50,497 nucleotides of DNA from Candidatus Nomurabacteria bacterium (GCA_943356775.1 CALRFU010000006.1:1-50497); one strand, 5' to 3'; counted from the first letter of the stretch, positions 18,289-26,623 are shown. Made by a program: numbers and translations. Notes: a model not told the origin generated them from the letters alone.

Positions 18289-19104
18289 TCATTGAGCTTT
18301 CTTTTCCTCCTTCTTCATGAGAACGGCTGCCGAAACAAAACCTGACAGAGAGCTTGCCCGCGCAATCCCTGTACGAAGCCCGAGAAGACTGCCTTCGGTC
18401 GTAATGAGCGGCGAACCGGGCAGTATCGAATCGGAGGAAACATCGGTATCGATGACCTGAGGCGCTCCTTCATCCGGGGACGCGATGAGCATCGTGATTA
18501 TCCCGGCCGCAATGCGGGCGGTCGATTTGCCCGCGAGCGCTATCACGGTCGCCCCTAAAGTAGGATGCGTTCCTGAAATAGTGATCGGGCTCCAGATAGG
18601 AGATTTGCCTTCGAGGGTCGAAGTGGCCGAGGCGAAGTAGGCGACCGCAGACGTCGCATCCTGAGACGTTAACGCGACACGGACACGGGAACCGCTCGCA
18701 AGTTCGGCAACCGCTTCATCGCCCGCTTTGAATATGTCCGCATCGCTCACGATGGTGCCCGAAGCATCCACAACGACTCCGAGCGCCAGGAATACGGGAG
18801 TGCTCGAGCTTGTCGTGAAAAGGCGTACAACGGAAGGATTCACCCGCAGGAGTGCCTGTGAAATAAGGTCGGATTCTTTGATGATAACTGTCTTTTCGGT
18901 TGCAATGGCGGTGGCTGCAGCAAGCCCTGCGGGCGTCACCTTTTCGACGGTGCGTTCAATGATGCGATTCACGGTCTGCGCAATCGCCGGAGGCGCCTGA
19001 TCCATGAGGGAGACAGTGACAATGCCCGTTGCTATCGAAGTGACGAATGAAACGAGGAGTGTCAGGAGAACAATCTGAGATTTCGAGAGTTGCTCCATAT
19101 TCAT
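18289..19104 (-). CDS. Membrane-anchored trypsin/HtrA-fold protein, catalytic His and Ser apparently lost
   Basis: N-terminal TM; the S1C-like segments read LGVVVDASGTIVSDADI and DSILPGSPLITTEGSLLG in place of TNxH and NSGGP; no PDZ domain. Confidence 0.6.
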   Translation of the reverse strand: MNMEQLSKSQIVLLTLLVSFVTSIATGIVTVSLMDQAPPAIAQTVNRIIERTVEKVTPAGLAAATAIATEKTVIIKESDLISQALLRVNPSVVRLFTTSSSTPVFLALGVVVDASGTIVSDADIFKAGDEAVAELASGSRVRVALTSQDATSAVAYFASATSTLEGKSPIWSPITISGTHPTLGATVIALAGKSTARIAAGIITMLIASPDEGAPQVIDTDVSSDSILPGSPLITTEGSLLGLRTGIARASSLSGFVSAAVLMKKEEKKAQ

Positions 19105-19143
19105 AAACGCATCGTATCACAGCATTATAGAAAGCAAATGAAA

Positions 19144-20337
19144 TCAATCCGGGAGAACTTTCCCGAGAACAGAAATAACATGTTTGAGCTCTTTCTCCGT
19201 CGTATCGCGACCGAGAGAAAAGCGTAATGTGTTGCGGGCTCTCCATTCCTCCCCTCCCAAAGCCGCGACGACATGCGAATTCGCCTCCCCTTCCCGACAC
19301 GCGCTCTTGGTCGAGAGCGCGAGACCTACGTGATCGAGCGCGAGCACAAGATATTCTCCCGTCCTCTCCCCCGGAACAGAGATATTGAGCATGTGTGGTA
19401 GCGCGTGCTTCAGGTCTCCGTTTACGATTACACCGGGTAAACGCGCGCATATCTCACGCGCGAAATTGTCGCGCAAAAGCCGCAATCGTTTCGACTCCGC
19501 CTCACGCTCCGCGGTAACCTCATCGAGCGCCGCGGCAAATCCGGCGGCAAGCGCTACGTCTTCTGTGCCGCTGCGCAATCCTCTTTCCTGCCCGCCGCCA
19601 AATATAGCCGGGTGAAGGGCGGCCCGGTTGCTGAGGTAGAGACATCCGATACCGCACGGTCCGTAGAGTTTTCCCGAACCCAATGCGAGCATATCGACTC
19701 CGAGAGAATGAACTTGTGGCGAACGATAGAGCGGGGCTTGTCCCGCGTCACTATGGAAAATGATTCGGTTTCCTTGCCCTGAGCTCGTCGAAGGGTGTGC
19801 CTTTTCATATGCGCGCAACACGCGTCCTATGGAAGAAAGCGGCTGTACCGTTCCTATCTCGTTGTTGCACCACCCGACTGACACGGCGACCGTTGTCGGC
19901 CTGAGAAGTTCGCGCACGCGCTCGGCACGTACAATCCCCTTTGCGTCCGGCTCCACATGAGAGACGGTGCCGCCCATGCGTTCGATTTCTGAAAAACATT
20001 CCAAGACGGAAGAATGCTCTATCGAGCTGACTATCCAATGCGTATCTTTGAGCGAGCGCTTGCTCAGCTCCAAACCGCGCGCCAGCCCCACAAGCGCGAT
20101 GTTGTTTGCCTCCGTGAGCCCCGAAACGAAAATAATTTCACGCGCTTTGCATCCCAGAAGTCGTGCAAGTGACTCGCGCGCATGGGTAAGTACGCGTTTG
20201 GCCGCAACACCCTCAGCGTGTATCGCACCCGGATTGGCAAATACATCCGACGCATCACCCTGCGCGCGCGCCGCTTTCGGATGCACGGGCGTTGCGCTCG
20301 TATAATCGAGATAGATGCGTTTTGTGTTTCCGAACAT
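19144..20337 (-). CDS. iscS: Cysteine desulfurase (IscS/NifS class)
   Basis: IYLDYTSATP, SSIEHSSV, NNEIG, HSDAGQ, GSGKLYGP (PLP Lys), RSGTE and STKSAC (catalytic Cys); start trimmed to ATG 20337. Confidence 0.9.
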   Translation of the reverse strand: MFGNTKRIYLDYTSATPVHPKAARAQGDASDVFANPGAIHAEGVAAKRVLTHARESLARLLGCKAREIIFVSGLTEANNIALVGLARGLELSKRSLKDTHWIVSSIEHSSVLECFSEIERMGGTVSHVEPDAKGIVRAERVRELLRPTTVAVSVGWCNNEIGTVQPLSSIGRVLRAYEKAHPSTSSGQGNRIIFHSDAGQAPLYRSPQVHSLGVDMLALGSGKLYGPCGIGCLYLSNRAALHPAIFGGGQERGLRSGTEDVALAAGFAAALDEVTAEREAESKRLRLLRDNFAREICARLPGVIVNGDLKHALPHMLNISVPGERTGEYLVLALDHVGLALSTKSACREGEANSHVVAALGGEEWRARNTLRFSLGRDTTEKELKHVISVLGKVLPD

Positions 20338-20435
20338 ACACACATTGTGTATGCTGGGCGGCCCTTTTACAAAACGTCGATTCAGTTGTATACTTCTTAT
20401 CACGAATCTGTACCCGGAATCTATGAATCTCACAT

Positions 20436-21962
20436 ATGAAAAATCAACCCGCATTGACTGTCGAGCGACCACCTATTGTGGCAGTTTTGGGGCACGTTGA
20501 TCACGGTAAATCCACCCTCCTCGATTTCATCCGCAAGTCCAATGTCGTCGCCAAAGAAGCCGGCGGCATCACTCAACACGTAGCCGCCTACGAAGTAGAG
20601 CGCGAGGTCGTGAACCCTTTGACTTTGCTCAGGGTAAAGAAACGCATTACCTTCATCGATACTCCCGGGCACGCAGCCTTCAGCGCTATTCGCGCACGCG
20701 GTGCCTCTGCAGCAGATATCGCCATCCTCGTCGTTGCCGCGGACGATGGCGTAAAGGCCCAGACACTTGAAGCCCTGCAGAGCATCCGGGATGCGGGTAC
20801 ACCATTTATCGTTGCCATCAACAAAATAGATAAGCCCAACGCCGACCAGGAGCGCACGATTCGCACGCTCCTCGACGAGAAAGTGTATCTGGAAAAATAC
20901 GGTGGTGACGTGCCGTGGGCGGCGATATCGGCGAAAACCGGCGCCGGCGTTGAAGAACTCCTCGACCTCATCTTGCTCGTATCAGAAATAGAAACCTTCA
21001 CGGGCGACTCCACTGCGGCAGCGCACGGATACGTTATCGAAGCGCATCGTGACCAAAAAAGAGGCTTGGCTGCGACGCTCATCATTACAAACGGCACGCT
21101 CCAATCCGGCATGGCGGTCATGGCGGGACGCGCCATCGCACCGGTGCGCATCATGGAGAGCACCGCGGGAAAATCCCTCAAGGAGGCAACATTTTCGACA
21201 CCTGTGCAGCTCATCGGATTCGACACCCTGCCGCAGGTCGGGGAGGAATTCCACGCATACAAGAACAAACGCGAAGCCGAAGAAGCGCGGCCCGCACTCG
21301 CCCCCCGTGATTTTCCTCCTGCGCCACAAGCGCTCGCCGAAGGCGAGACGGGCCCCTTCTCTATGCCAGTCATCATTCGCGCCGACGCGTCGGGCTCACT
21401 CGAAGCAATCGCTCACGAGGTACCGAAGTTGGGTACGGAACACGCCCGCATCAACATCGTACAATCGGGCATCGGGACTGTCTCTGAAAATGACGTAAAG
21501 GCGGCTATTGCAAGCGAAATCCCCTCGGCCGTCATCGGATTCAATGTGGGTATCGATTCCCCCGCAGCGGCACTCGCCCTGCAACACGGCATCCGCATCG
21601 AAACATTTACCATCATCTACAAACTCACCGAACGCCTTGAGGAGCTCCTCGGAGAATCTGCGCCGAAGCGCAAAGTGGAGGCGATAACAGGAAAAGCAAA
21701 AGTCTTGAAACAATTCGGGAGCCGTAAGGACGAACGCGTCATCGGCGGAAAGGTCCTGGAAGGATTTCTTGAGCGCGGTTCTCATGTGCGCGTGATGCGC
21801 CGCACTCTCGAGGTTGGTATCGGAAAGATAAAAAATATTCAGAGCAACAAACAAGATGTGAATCGCATAGAAATGGACCGCGAGTTTGGTGCCCAAATCA
21901 ATACGGAATTTGAAATTATGCAAGGTGACACACTCGAAGGATTTACCACGTCAATGGAATAA
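20436..21962 (+). CDS. infB: Translation initiation factor IF-2, short form without the N-terminal extension
   Basis: RPPIVAVLGHVDHGKSTLLD, GGITQH, FIDTPGH, AINKID and SAKTG. Confidence 0.96.
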   Translation: MKNQPALTVERPPIVAVLGHVDHGKSTLLDFIRKSNVVAKEAGGITQHVAAYEVEREVVNPLTLLRVKKRITFIDTPGHAAFSAIRARGASAADIAILVVAADDGVKAQTLEALQSIRDAGTPFIVAINKIDKPNADQERTIRTLLDEKVYLEKYGGDVPWAAISAKTGAGVEELLDLILLVSEIETFTGDSTAAAHGYVIEAHRDQKRGLAATLIITNGTLQSGMAVMAGRAIAPVRIMESTAGKSLKEATFSTPVQLIGFDTLPQVGEEFHAYKNKREAEEARPALAPRDFPPAPQALAEGETGPFSMPVIIRADASGSLEAIAHEVPKLGTEHARINIVQSGIGTVSENDVKAAIASEIPSAVIGFNVGIDSPAAALALQHGIRIETFTIIYKLTERLEELLGESAPKRKVEAITGKAKVLKQFGSRKDERVIGGKVLEGFLERGSHVRVMRRTLEVGIGKIKNIQSNKQDVNRIEMDREFGAQINTEFEIMQGDTLEGFTTSME

Positions 21963-21964
21963 GT

Positions 21965-22303
21965 ATGGAATCACGAAGACAAACACAGGTGTCACAAGTA
22001 ATCGCCCAAATGGCGGGTGACTTTTTTGCGCGTGAATCAAATGTGAAAGCACTTATCACCGTGACTCACGCCGACATCTCCCCTACGTACAAAGAAGTCA
22101 CGGTCTTCATTTCTGTCATGCCGGAGGCGATGGAGACGCAGGCGCTCAAATTCGCCAAGCGCGCCCGGACAGATTTCCGCGCATACATAAAAAAGCAGGG
22201 TCGCTTCCACCCTATTCCCGTAGTCGACTTCGCCATAGACTTAGGCGAGAAGAATAGACAGCGAATCGATGAATTAACGAGAAAAGATATCCACAACGAA
22301 TGA
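21965..22303 (+). CDS. rbfA: Ribosome-binding factor A
   Basis: Follows infB; ITVTHADISPTYKEVTVFIS and IPVVDFAID pattern. Confidence 0.85.
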   Translation: MESRRQTQVSQVIAQMAGDFFARESNVKALITVTHADISPTYKEVTVFISVMPEAMETQALKFAKRARTDFRAYIKKQGRFHPIPVVDFAIDLGEKNRQRIDELTRKDIHNE

Positions 22304-22338
22304 GTGCAGGGCATTACGTTACCCCTTAGAATTATTCG

Positions 22339-23064
22339 ATGGGAATTAAGTATGCGGTTAATTCATCATTCTTTGAAAAATGGTCTCACGAGAGTGCTTA
22401 CATCTTGGGATTCTTATATGCCGACGGCAGTTTAGAAGATTCCCCTTATATACGAGGAAGATACCTCCGCGTTACGAGCACAGACAGAGACAGGATTGAT
22501 CTTATTAGAAAATCATTGTCATCAGGTCACAGCGTTGTGAATAGGAAAATCGTTGGCAACCGAAAGCAAAGTTTCTTGCTGCGCATTGGGAGTCACTCGT
22601 TATACGAGAGTCTCATAAAACACGGATTAACTCCTCGAAAATCCCTGACCATGAAATTTCCGAATGTTCCCAAAAAGTATCTGGGAGCGTTTGTGTGTGG
22701 GTACTTTGACGGAGACGGCTGCGTATATATCGAAAAAAGAAAGAACGGCACCTTTGGACGTTTAATAACAATTTTCACTAGCGGGAGTCGAGCTTTCTTT
22801 GAAAAGATGTACTCTGTTTTACTTAAGAATGGACTGACCGAGAGCAAGAGTATTTATAGACATAGCAATAAAAGAAATTATCAACTTAGATATTCCACTA
22901 CAAACAGCGTTCTTCTTTTCGGTTTGATGTATAAAGATACCTTACACAGAAGGTTACCTATGATGAGAAAATACGCTATATTTAAGCAGTACTTCGAGGT
23001 GCGGTCGACAGTTCTCACAAATAAAGGACGTCAAATCCTAAAAGAAGGCCCGATGGCGAAGTAG
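22339..23064 (+). CDS. Free-standing two-motif LAGLIDADG endonuclease-like protein
   Basis: AYILGFLYADGS and AFVCGYFDGDGCV motifs; AT-rich; stop codon lies inside tRNA-Cys. Confidence 0.88.
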   Translation: MGIKYAVNSSFFEKWSHESAYILGFLYADGSLEDSPYIRGRYLRVTSTDRDRIDLIRKSLSSGHSVVNRKIVGNRKQSFLLRIGSHSLYESLIKHGLTPRKSLTMKFPNVPKKYLGAFVCGYFDGDGCVYIEKRKNGTFGRLITIFTSGSRAFFEKMYSVLLKNGLTESKSIYRHSNKRNYQLRYSTTNSVLLFGLMYKDTLHRRLPMMRKYAIFKQYFEVRSTVLTNKGRQILKEGPMAK

Positions 23065-23119
23065 AAACGCGGGAGTCTGCAAAACTCTTATTGCGCGGGT
23101 GCAATTCCCGCTCGGGCCT
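23047..23119 (+). tRNA. tRNA-Cys(GCA)
   Basis: GGCCCGA/TCGGGCC acceptor with U discriminator, GGAGT-CT-GCA-AA-ACTCT, variant T-loop TGCAATT. Confidence 0.88.
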
Positions 23120-23174
23120 CAAATCGTATATAGTAGTAGTGTCGCCCTCCTTCGCCAAAGCTATGGAGGACAAA

Positions 23175-23258
23175 GCCGGGGTGGCGGAATGGTTTACGCA
23201 GAAGACTTAAAATCTTTGACCCTAAACAGGTTTGTGGGTTCGAGTCCCACCCCCGGCA
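23175..23258 (+). tRNA. tRNA-Leu(TAA)
   Basis: GCCGGGG/CCCCGGC acceptor, GAAGA-CT-TAA-AA-TCTTT, long variable arm, GGTTCGAGTCC. Confidence 0.95.
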
Positions 23259-23287
23259 CAAATGCTACAATTCGGACCTGAAGAAAT

Positions 23288-23977
23288 ATGGAACCCAACT
23301 CAGGTAAAAAATTAGAGATTGTTGTAGACGGCACACGCTGGCAGCGTCTGCCGCTCAAGACCCACGTCATCACAAAAGACGACAACATCGCCGATGTCGT
23401 AAAAAAATATGCGAGCCCGCATCTACAGAGCGGCGATATGCTTTTCATCAGTGAGCGCATCGTAGCTATCAGCCAAGGTCGCGCATACCCCATCAAGGAA
23501 ATCCATCCTTCGTGGCTCGCGAAGCTCCTCGTGAAATTCGTACACAAATCCCCCTACGGCATCGGGCTCGGGAGCCCCTGGACGATGGAGCTCGCTATAC
23601 GCGAAGTGGGTGCCTTGCGCATACTTATCGGCGCCGTAGCCGCAGTCGTCACAAAACCATTCGGATTGAAGGGCGTCTTCTATCACGTGGTCGGTAACAA
23701 CATAAACGCAATCGATGGCCCCTGCGACTATACCCTTCCCCCCTACAATGACTACGCAAAATTGGGCCCGGCCAAGCCGATGAAGGTCGCCAAAGAACTC
23801 AGTGAGGCAATTGGATGTGAAGTGGTCATCATCGACGCCAACGACCTTGGTGCTGCGGTACTCGGCAAATCAAACACAGATATCACTGACGCCTTTTGCA
23901 AAGCGGTGTTCAAAGATAATCCTCTCGGCCAGTCGTCAGAGCAGACTCCCCTTTGCATCGTGAGAAAAGTCGCGTAA
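23288..23977 (+). CDS. CofE-like (F420-0:glutamate ligase family) protein
   Basis: PLKTHVITKDDNIADVV...GDMLFISERIVAISQGR...AIDG...VIIDANDLG...NPLGQSSEQTP. Confidence 0.78.
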   Translation: MEPNSGKKLEIVVDGTRWQRLPLKTHVITKDDNIADVVKKYASPHLQSGDMLFISERIVAISQGRAYPIKEIHPSWLAKLLVKFVHKSPYGIGLGSPWTMELAIREVGALRILIGAVAAVVTKPFGLKGVFYHVVGNNINAIDGPCDYTLPPYNDYAKLGPAKPMKVAKELSEAIGCEVVIIDANDLGAAVLGKSNTDITDAFCKAVFKDNPLGQSSEQTPLCIVRKVA

Positions 23978-24027
23978 CCAAGATATTTTGATACAATCCT
24001 GATACCGTTGTTTTTGAGGACGGACGA

Positions 24028-24100
24028 CCGCCTATAGCTCAGCTGGTAGAGCAACTGCCTCTTAAGCAGTGGGTCCCTGGTTCGAATCCAGGTGGGCGGA
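24028..24100 (+). tRNA. tRNA-Lys(CTT)
   Basis: CCGCCTA/TGGGCGG acceptor, ACTGC-CT-CTT-AA-GCAGT, CCTGG-TTCGAAT-CCAGG. Confidence 0.95.
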
Positions 24101-24132
24101 CAACGAAATAGTTTGATAGGATACTCAATGTT

Positions 24133-24338
24133 GGGCAGATGGCGAAATTGGCGAATCAGCTGATTCGTGGCTTGGCCATGAAAACGCGTCCTTTTCAAAG
24201 TGCTGGGGTGGCGAAATTGGTAGACGCGCCAGGCTTAGGACCTGGTCTCGCAAGAGGTGGAGGTTCGAGTCCTCTCCCCAGCACTTTGAACGGAACCTGG
24301 TCTCGCAAGAGGTGGAGGTTCGAGTCCTCTCCTGCCCA
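24133..24338 (+). pseudogene. Split tRNA-Leu remnant (5' part 24133..24151, 3' part 24295..24338) enclosing an intact tRNA-Leu
   Basis: GGGCAGA-TG-GCGAAATTGG pairs with the distal CCTGCCC-A; the anticodon loop is missing. Confidence 0.75.
24202..24283 (+). tRNA. tRNA-Leu(TAG)
   Basis: GCTGGGG/CCCCAGC acceptor, CCAGG-CT-TAG-GA-CCTGG, long variable arm, GGTTCGAGTCC. Confidence 0.95.
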
Positions 24339-24378
24339 CAAAACAAAATAACTGGCTCGTGCCAGTTATTTTGTTTTG
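24339..24378 (+). terminator. Perfect 18-bp hairpin, terminator-like
   Basis: CAAAACAAAATAACTGGC-TCGT-GCCAGTTATTTTGTTTTG. Confidence 0.75.
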
Positions 24379-24382
24379 CTGT

Positions 24383-24479
24383 GGACTCGAACAGGAAGGG
24401 GGTCGGGGAAACACTTGTTTCCCCGTGGAGGAAGGAATGGGAAAACCGTGGGTTTCCCAGAGGTTCGAGTCCTCTCCCC
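24383..24479 (+). mobile_element. tRNA-linked structured element downstream of tRNA-Leu(TAG)
   Basis: Inverted T-loop GGACTCGAAC at 24383..24392, two internal hairpins, and a 20-bp tRNA duplicate (24460..24479 = 24260..24279). Confidence 0.65.
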
Positions 24480-24492
24480 CTGACCCAAAAAT

Positions 24493-24807
24493 TCAGTTTC
24501 CTTGAAAGAAATTATTGGGAAGCGTGATGCCGTCCGCCCGGGAAACATCTGGATTTGCGTAATCAAGACCGAAGGTATTGTCGAGGAGCTCCAGAATACC
24601 GAACACAGAAACCATGATGAGCATTCCCACGATGCCCCAGAGCATATGTTGTTTGCCCTCCTCGTTGTCTCCTCCCTCATTCAACTTCCAAAGGAATTCA
24701 ACGAGACCATAGACGAAAAGTAGAAAGCCGAGAGCAAAGACAATAAGTATCGCAGGGTTGATGATGTACGTTTCGAAACGGTACATTATGTTCGATACAG
24801 AATCCAT
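24493..24807 (-). CDS. VirB2-like pilin/membrane protein
   Basis: Two TM helices around EEGKQHMLWGIVGMLIMVSVFGI. Confidence 0.72.
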   Translation of the reverse strand: MDSVSNIMYRFETYIINPAILIVFALGFLLFVYGLVEFLWKLNEGGDNEEGKQHMLWGIVGMLIMVSVFGILELLDNTFGLDYANPDVSRADGITLPNNFFQGN

Positions 24808-24860
24808 ATTTCAGAGGCGAATCTACGTACGCCTTACGAATGAGCGCACCAGCTACTCCC

Positions 24861-25229
24861 TTATTGGTAGTAACCGCTGGTACCAGTGTTTATCTGAATG
24901 CCCTTTGGGATGACAGGGTCAGTCGAGGTGACCTTGAAGGTGCTCTGCAAGAGGCGGATGATGCCCCAGATGGATACCATCACGAAGATGGCGATGACTC
25001 CGTAGAACATAACTTGCAAACCTGCGGCTTTTTCTTCTGCCGAGTTCAGGAGGTATTTAATGAGACCCCAGAAAAAGACCACGATAGCGAGCGTGATGAA
25101 GAGCCCTATCATGGCATTCAAAAACGTATTAAAGAGTGCCAATGTGTCGAGGAGTGTAGCAGCGCTCGCCAACATTGGGAGAGCTGCTGTCGCAGTGGCG
25201 AGAACTGAGGAGCCTAGGAATTTACGCAT
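24861..25229 (-). CDS. VirB2-like pilin
   Basis: Signal peptide ending ASA; IVVFFWGLIKYL...MFYGVIAIFVMVSIWGIIRLLQSTF. Confidence 0.75.
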   Translation of the reverse strand: MRKFLGSSVLATATAALPMLASAATLLDTLALFNTFLNAMIGLFITLAIVVFFWGLIKYLLNSAEEKAAGLQVMFYGVIAIFVMVSIWGIIRLLQSTFKVTSTDPVIPKGIQINTGTSGYYQ

Positions 25230-25409
25230 ATATATTTGAGGGGCTGGTTATTTATCTATTATTCTAAAGTACCGTAATGGTATAGGTATAGTCTTATCCG
25301 CACAATGCGCGTTTGGGGATAACAGCGTACGCGGCCCGCGCCTGCTGGCGCGTGCCTGAACAGCCTCATATCGGCAGTAGCCGACATTCGGCCCCTACGG
25401 GCGCCTTCT

Positions 25410-25856
25410 TCAGGCGTGTTCATCCTTCTTCTTCCCCCCCGAATGAGCCGCAAGGTACAGGATTATCCACACAACAATGATGCCTACGATGACGGATACT
25501 GTCCATGCCGCCTCCCGCGGGTGAAACTGGAAGAATTGTACGATGGCTAAAAGCACGACGAGCACAAAGAGAATCACGACCGACCACTCCATTATCTTGA
25601 TGGCTTCGGTCCGGTACGTCGGCCACGTCCCGAGGCGACAGAGCCATAATATAAATCCGAGTCCGTACGTAAGGAGCGCTACGGTGAGCATTATCCCGAC
25701 GAAAACGTTGAAAAGCCCTATCGCCTGAGTGAATGAAGTCCCGGCACCTGCGCTTGCACCTGCGCTTGTACTGACATCTCCCGCCTGCGCAAGCGCAGGA
25801 AATCCAAGTATGAACGGCGAAGCGAGCAGGCGTAAAAAAAATGGCGACATCCGCAT
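25410..25856 (-). CDS. Pilin-like membrane protein with three TM segments
   Basis: Signal ending AQA, then LTYGLGFILW...AIKIMEWSVVILFV; start trimmed to ATG 25856, just after the upstream stop. Confidence 0.62.
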   Translation of the reverse strand: MRMSPFFLRLLASPFILGFPALAQAGDVSTSAGASAGAGTSFTQAIGLFNVFVGIMLTVALLTYGLGFILWLCRLGTWPTYRTEAIKIMEWSVVILFVLVVLLAIVQFFQFHPREAAWTVSVIVGIIVVWIILYLAAHSGGKKKDEHA

Positions 25857-25863
25857 ATAATTT

Positions 25864-26250
25864 CTATTCGCCGGTAAATTGCGGAAATCCGGGATTGTCG
25901 GATGATGTCTGCACGACACCCGAGGTCGGACTATTGATGCTCCCGCCAAAAAGCGTACTTTGCAACAAGCGCAGAATACCCCAAATGGAGACCATGACGA
26001 AGAGTATGATGATGCCCCAGAAGAAGTACGCCCTCACTTTTTCTCCCCCATCGTCACTAAAATTCAATATGTTTGTCGAGATGCCGTAGAAGTAGACAAC
26101 GATGCCCGCCACGATGAGTACTGCCGTCGTGGCATCAAAAATGTCCACGATGTCAATAGCAAGCTCTTGAAAGTTGCGCGCTGCTTCGGCGGATGCGACG
26201 ACAGGTAACATCAGAGTAATCACGCCAGTCAATACCGTTAGCTTGTACAT
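25864..26250 (-). CDS. VirB2-like pilin
   Basis: Signal ending ASA; IVVYFYGI...FFWGIIILFVMVSIWGILRLLQSTLF, a clear paralogue of 24861..25229. Confidence 0.75.
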   Translation of the reverse strand: MYKLTVLTGVITLMLPVVASAEAARNFQELAIDIVDIFDATTAVLIVAGIVVYFYGISTNILNFSDDGGEKVRAYFFWGIIILFVMVSIWGILRLLQSTLFGGSINSPTSGVVQTSSDNPGFPQFTGE

Positions 26251-26359
26251 GGATGAATTCTATTATAAAAGTAGCGGAAAGGGGGTTGTTGGGTGTTAAC
26301 AAGTGACCCGGCTTAGTGATTTGCCGGGCCACTGATGCATCGCGTCGTTGAACGAAGCG

Positions 26360-26623
26360 TCACGAAAGCGTGAACGAGAACGTGTCTCCATCGTCGGGGT
26401 TGATATCTCCGCCGACCTTTTCGTCATTTGCGTAGACAGTCTCGATCAAAGATCCCCAGGGTGGGGCACTTTCAATGTCGAACTGCGCCCAACCGTCGCT
26501 GTCCGTGTCACTCTTGTGGTAGCCCGCGAGAACCGAGGCGTAGTGGACACTGACTTCAACTCCGCTGATGCCATCTCCGTCGTCGTTCACTATTCGAATC
26601 GAGAAAGAACCTGAACCAGACAT
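26360..26623 (-). CDS. Small acidic beta-rich hypothetical protein (carboxypeptidase-regulatory/transthyretin-like)
   Basis: 87 aa; IRIVNDDGDGISGVEVSV...TDSDGWAQF pattern; no signal peptide. Confidence 0.5.
   Translation of the reverse strand: MSGSGSFSIRIVNDDGDGISGVEVSVHYASVLAGYHKSDTDSDGWAQFDIESAPPWGSLIETVYANDEKVGGDINPDDGDTFSFTLS

Noticed and set aside
22300-23064. LAGLIDADG ORF as part of a tRNA or group I intron
   Set aside because: No upstream tRNA half or recognisable intron core was seen, and tRNA-Cys is complete on its own. A covariance scan is still advisable.
24404-24424. parS-like palindrome GGGGAAACACTTGTTTCCCC
   Set aside because: It does not match the TGTTTCACGTGAAACA consensus and is better explained as a hairpin of the tRNA-linked element. 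I saw no convincing parS near parB.
25259-25453. 64-aa ORF within the pilin array
   Set aside because: It overlaps the neighbouring gene's end, has no TM segment or motif, and includes hairpin-like DNA.
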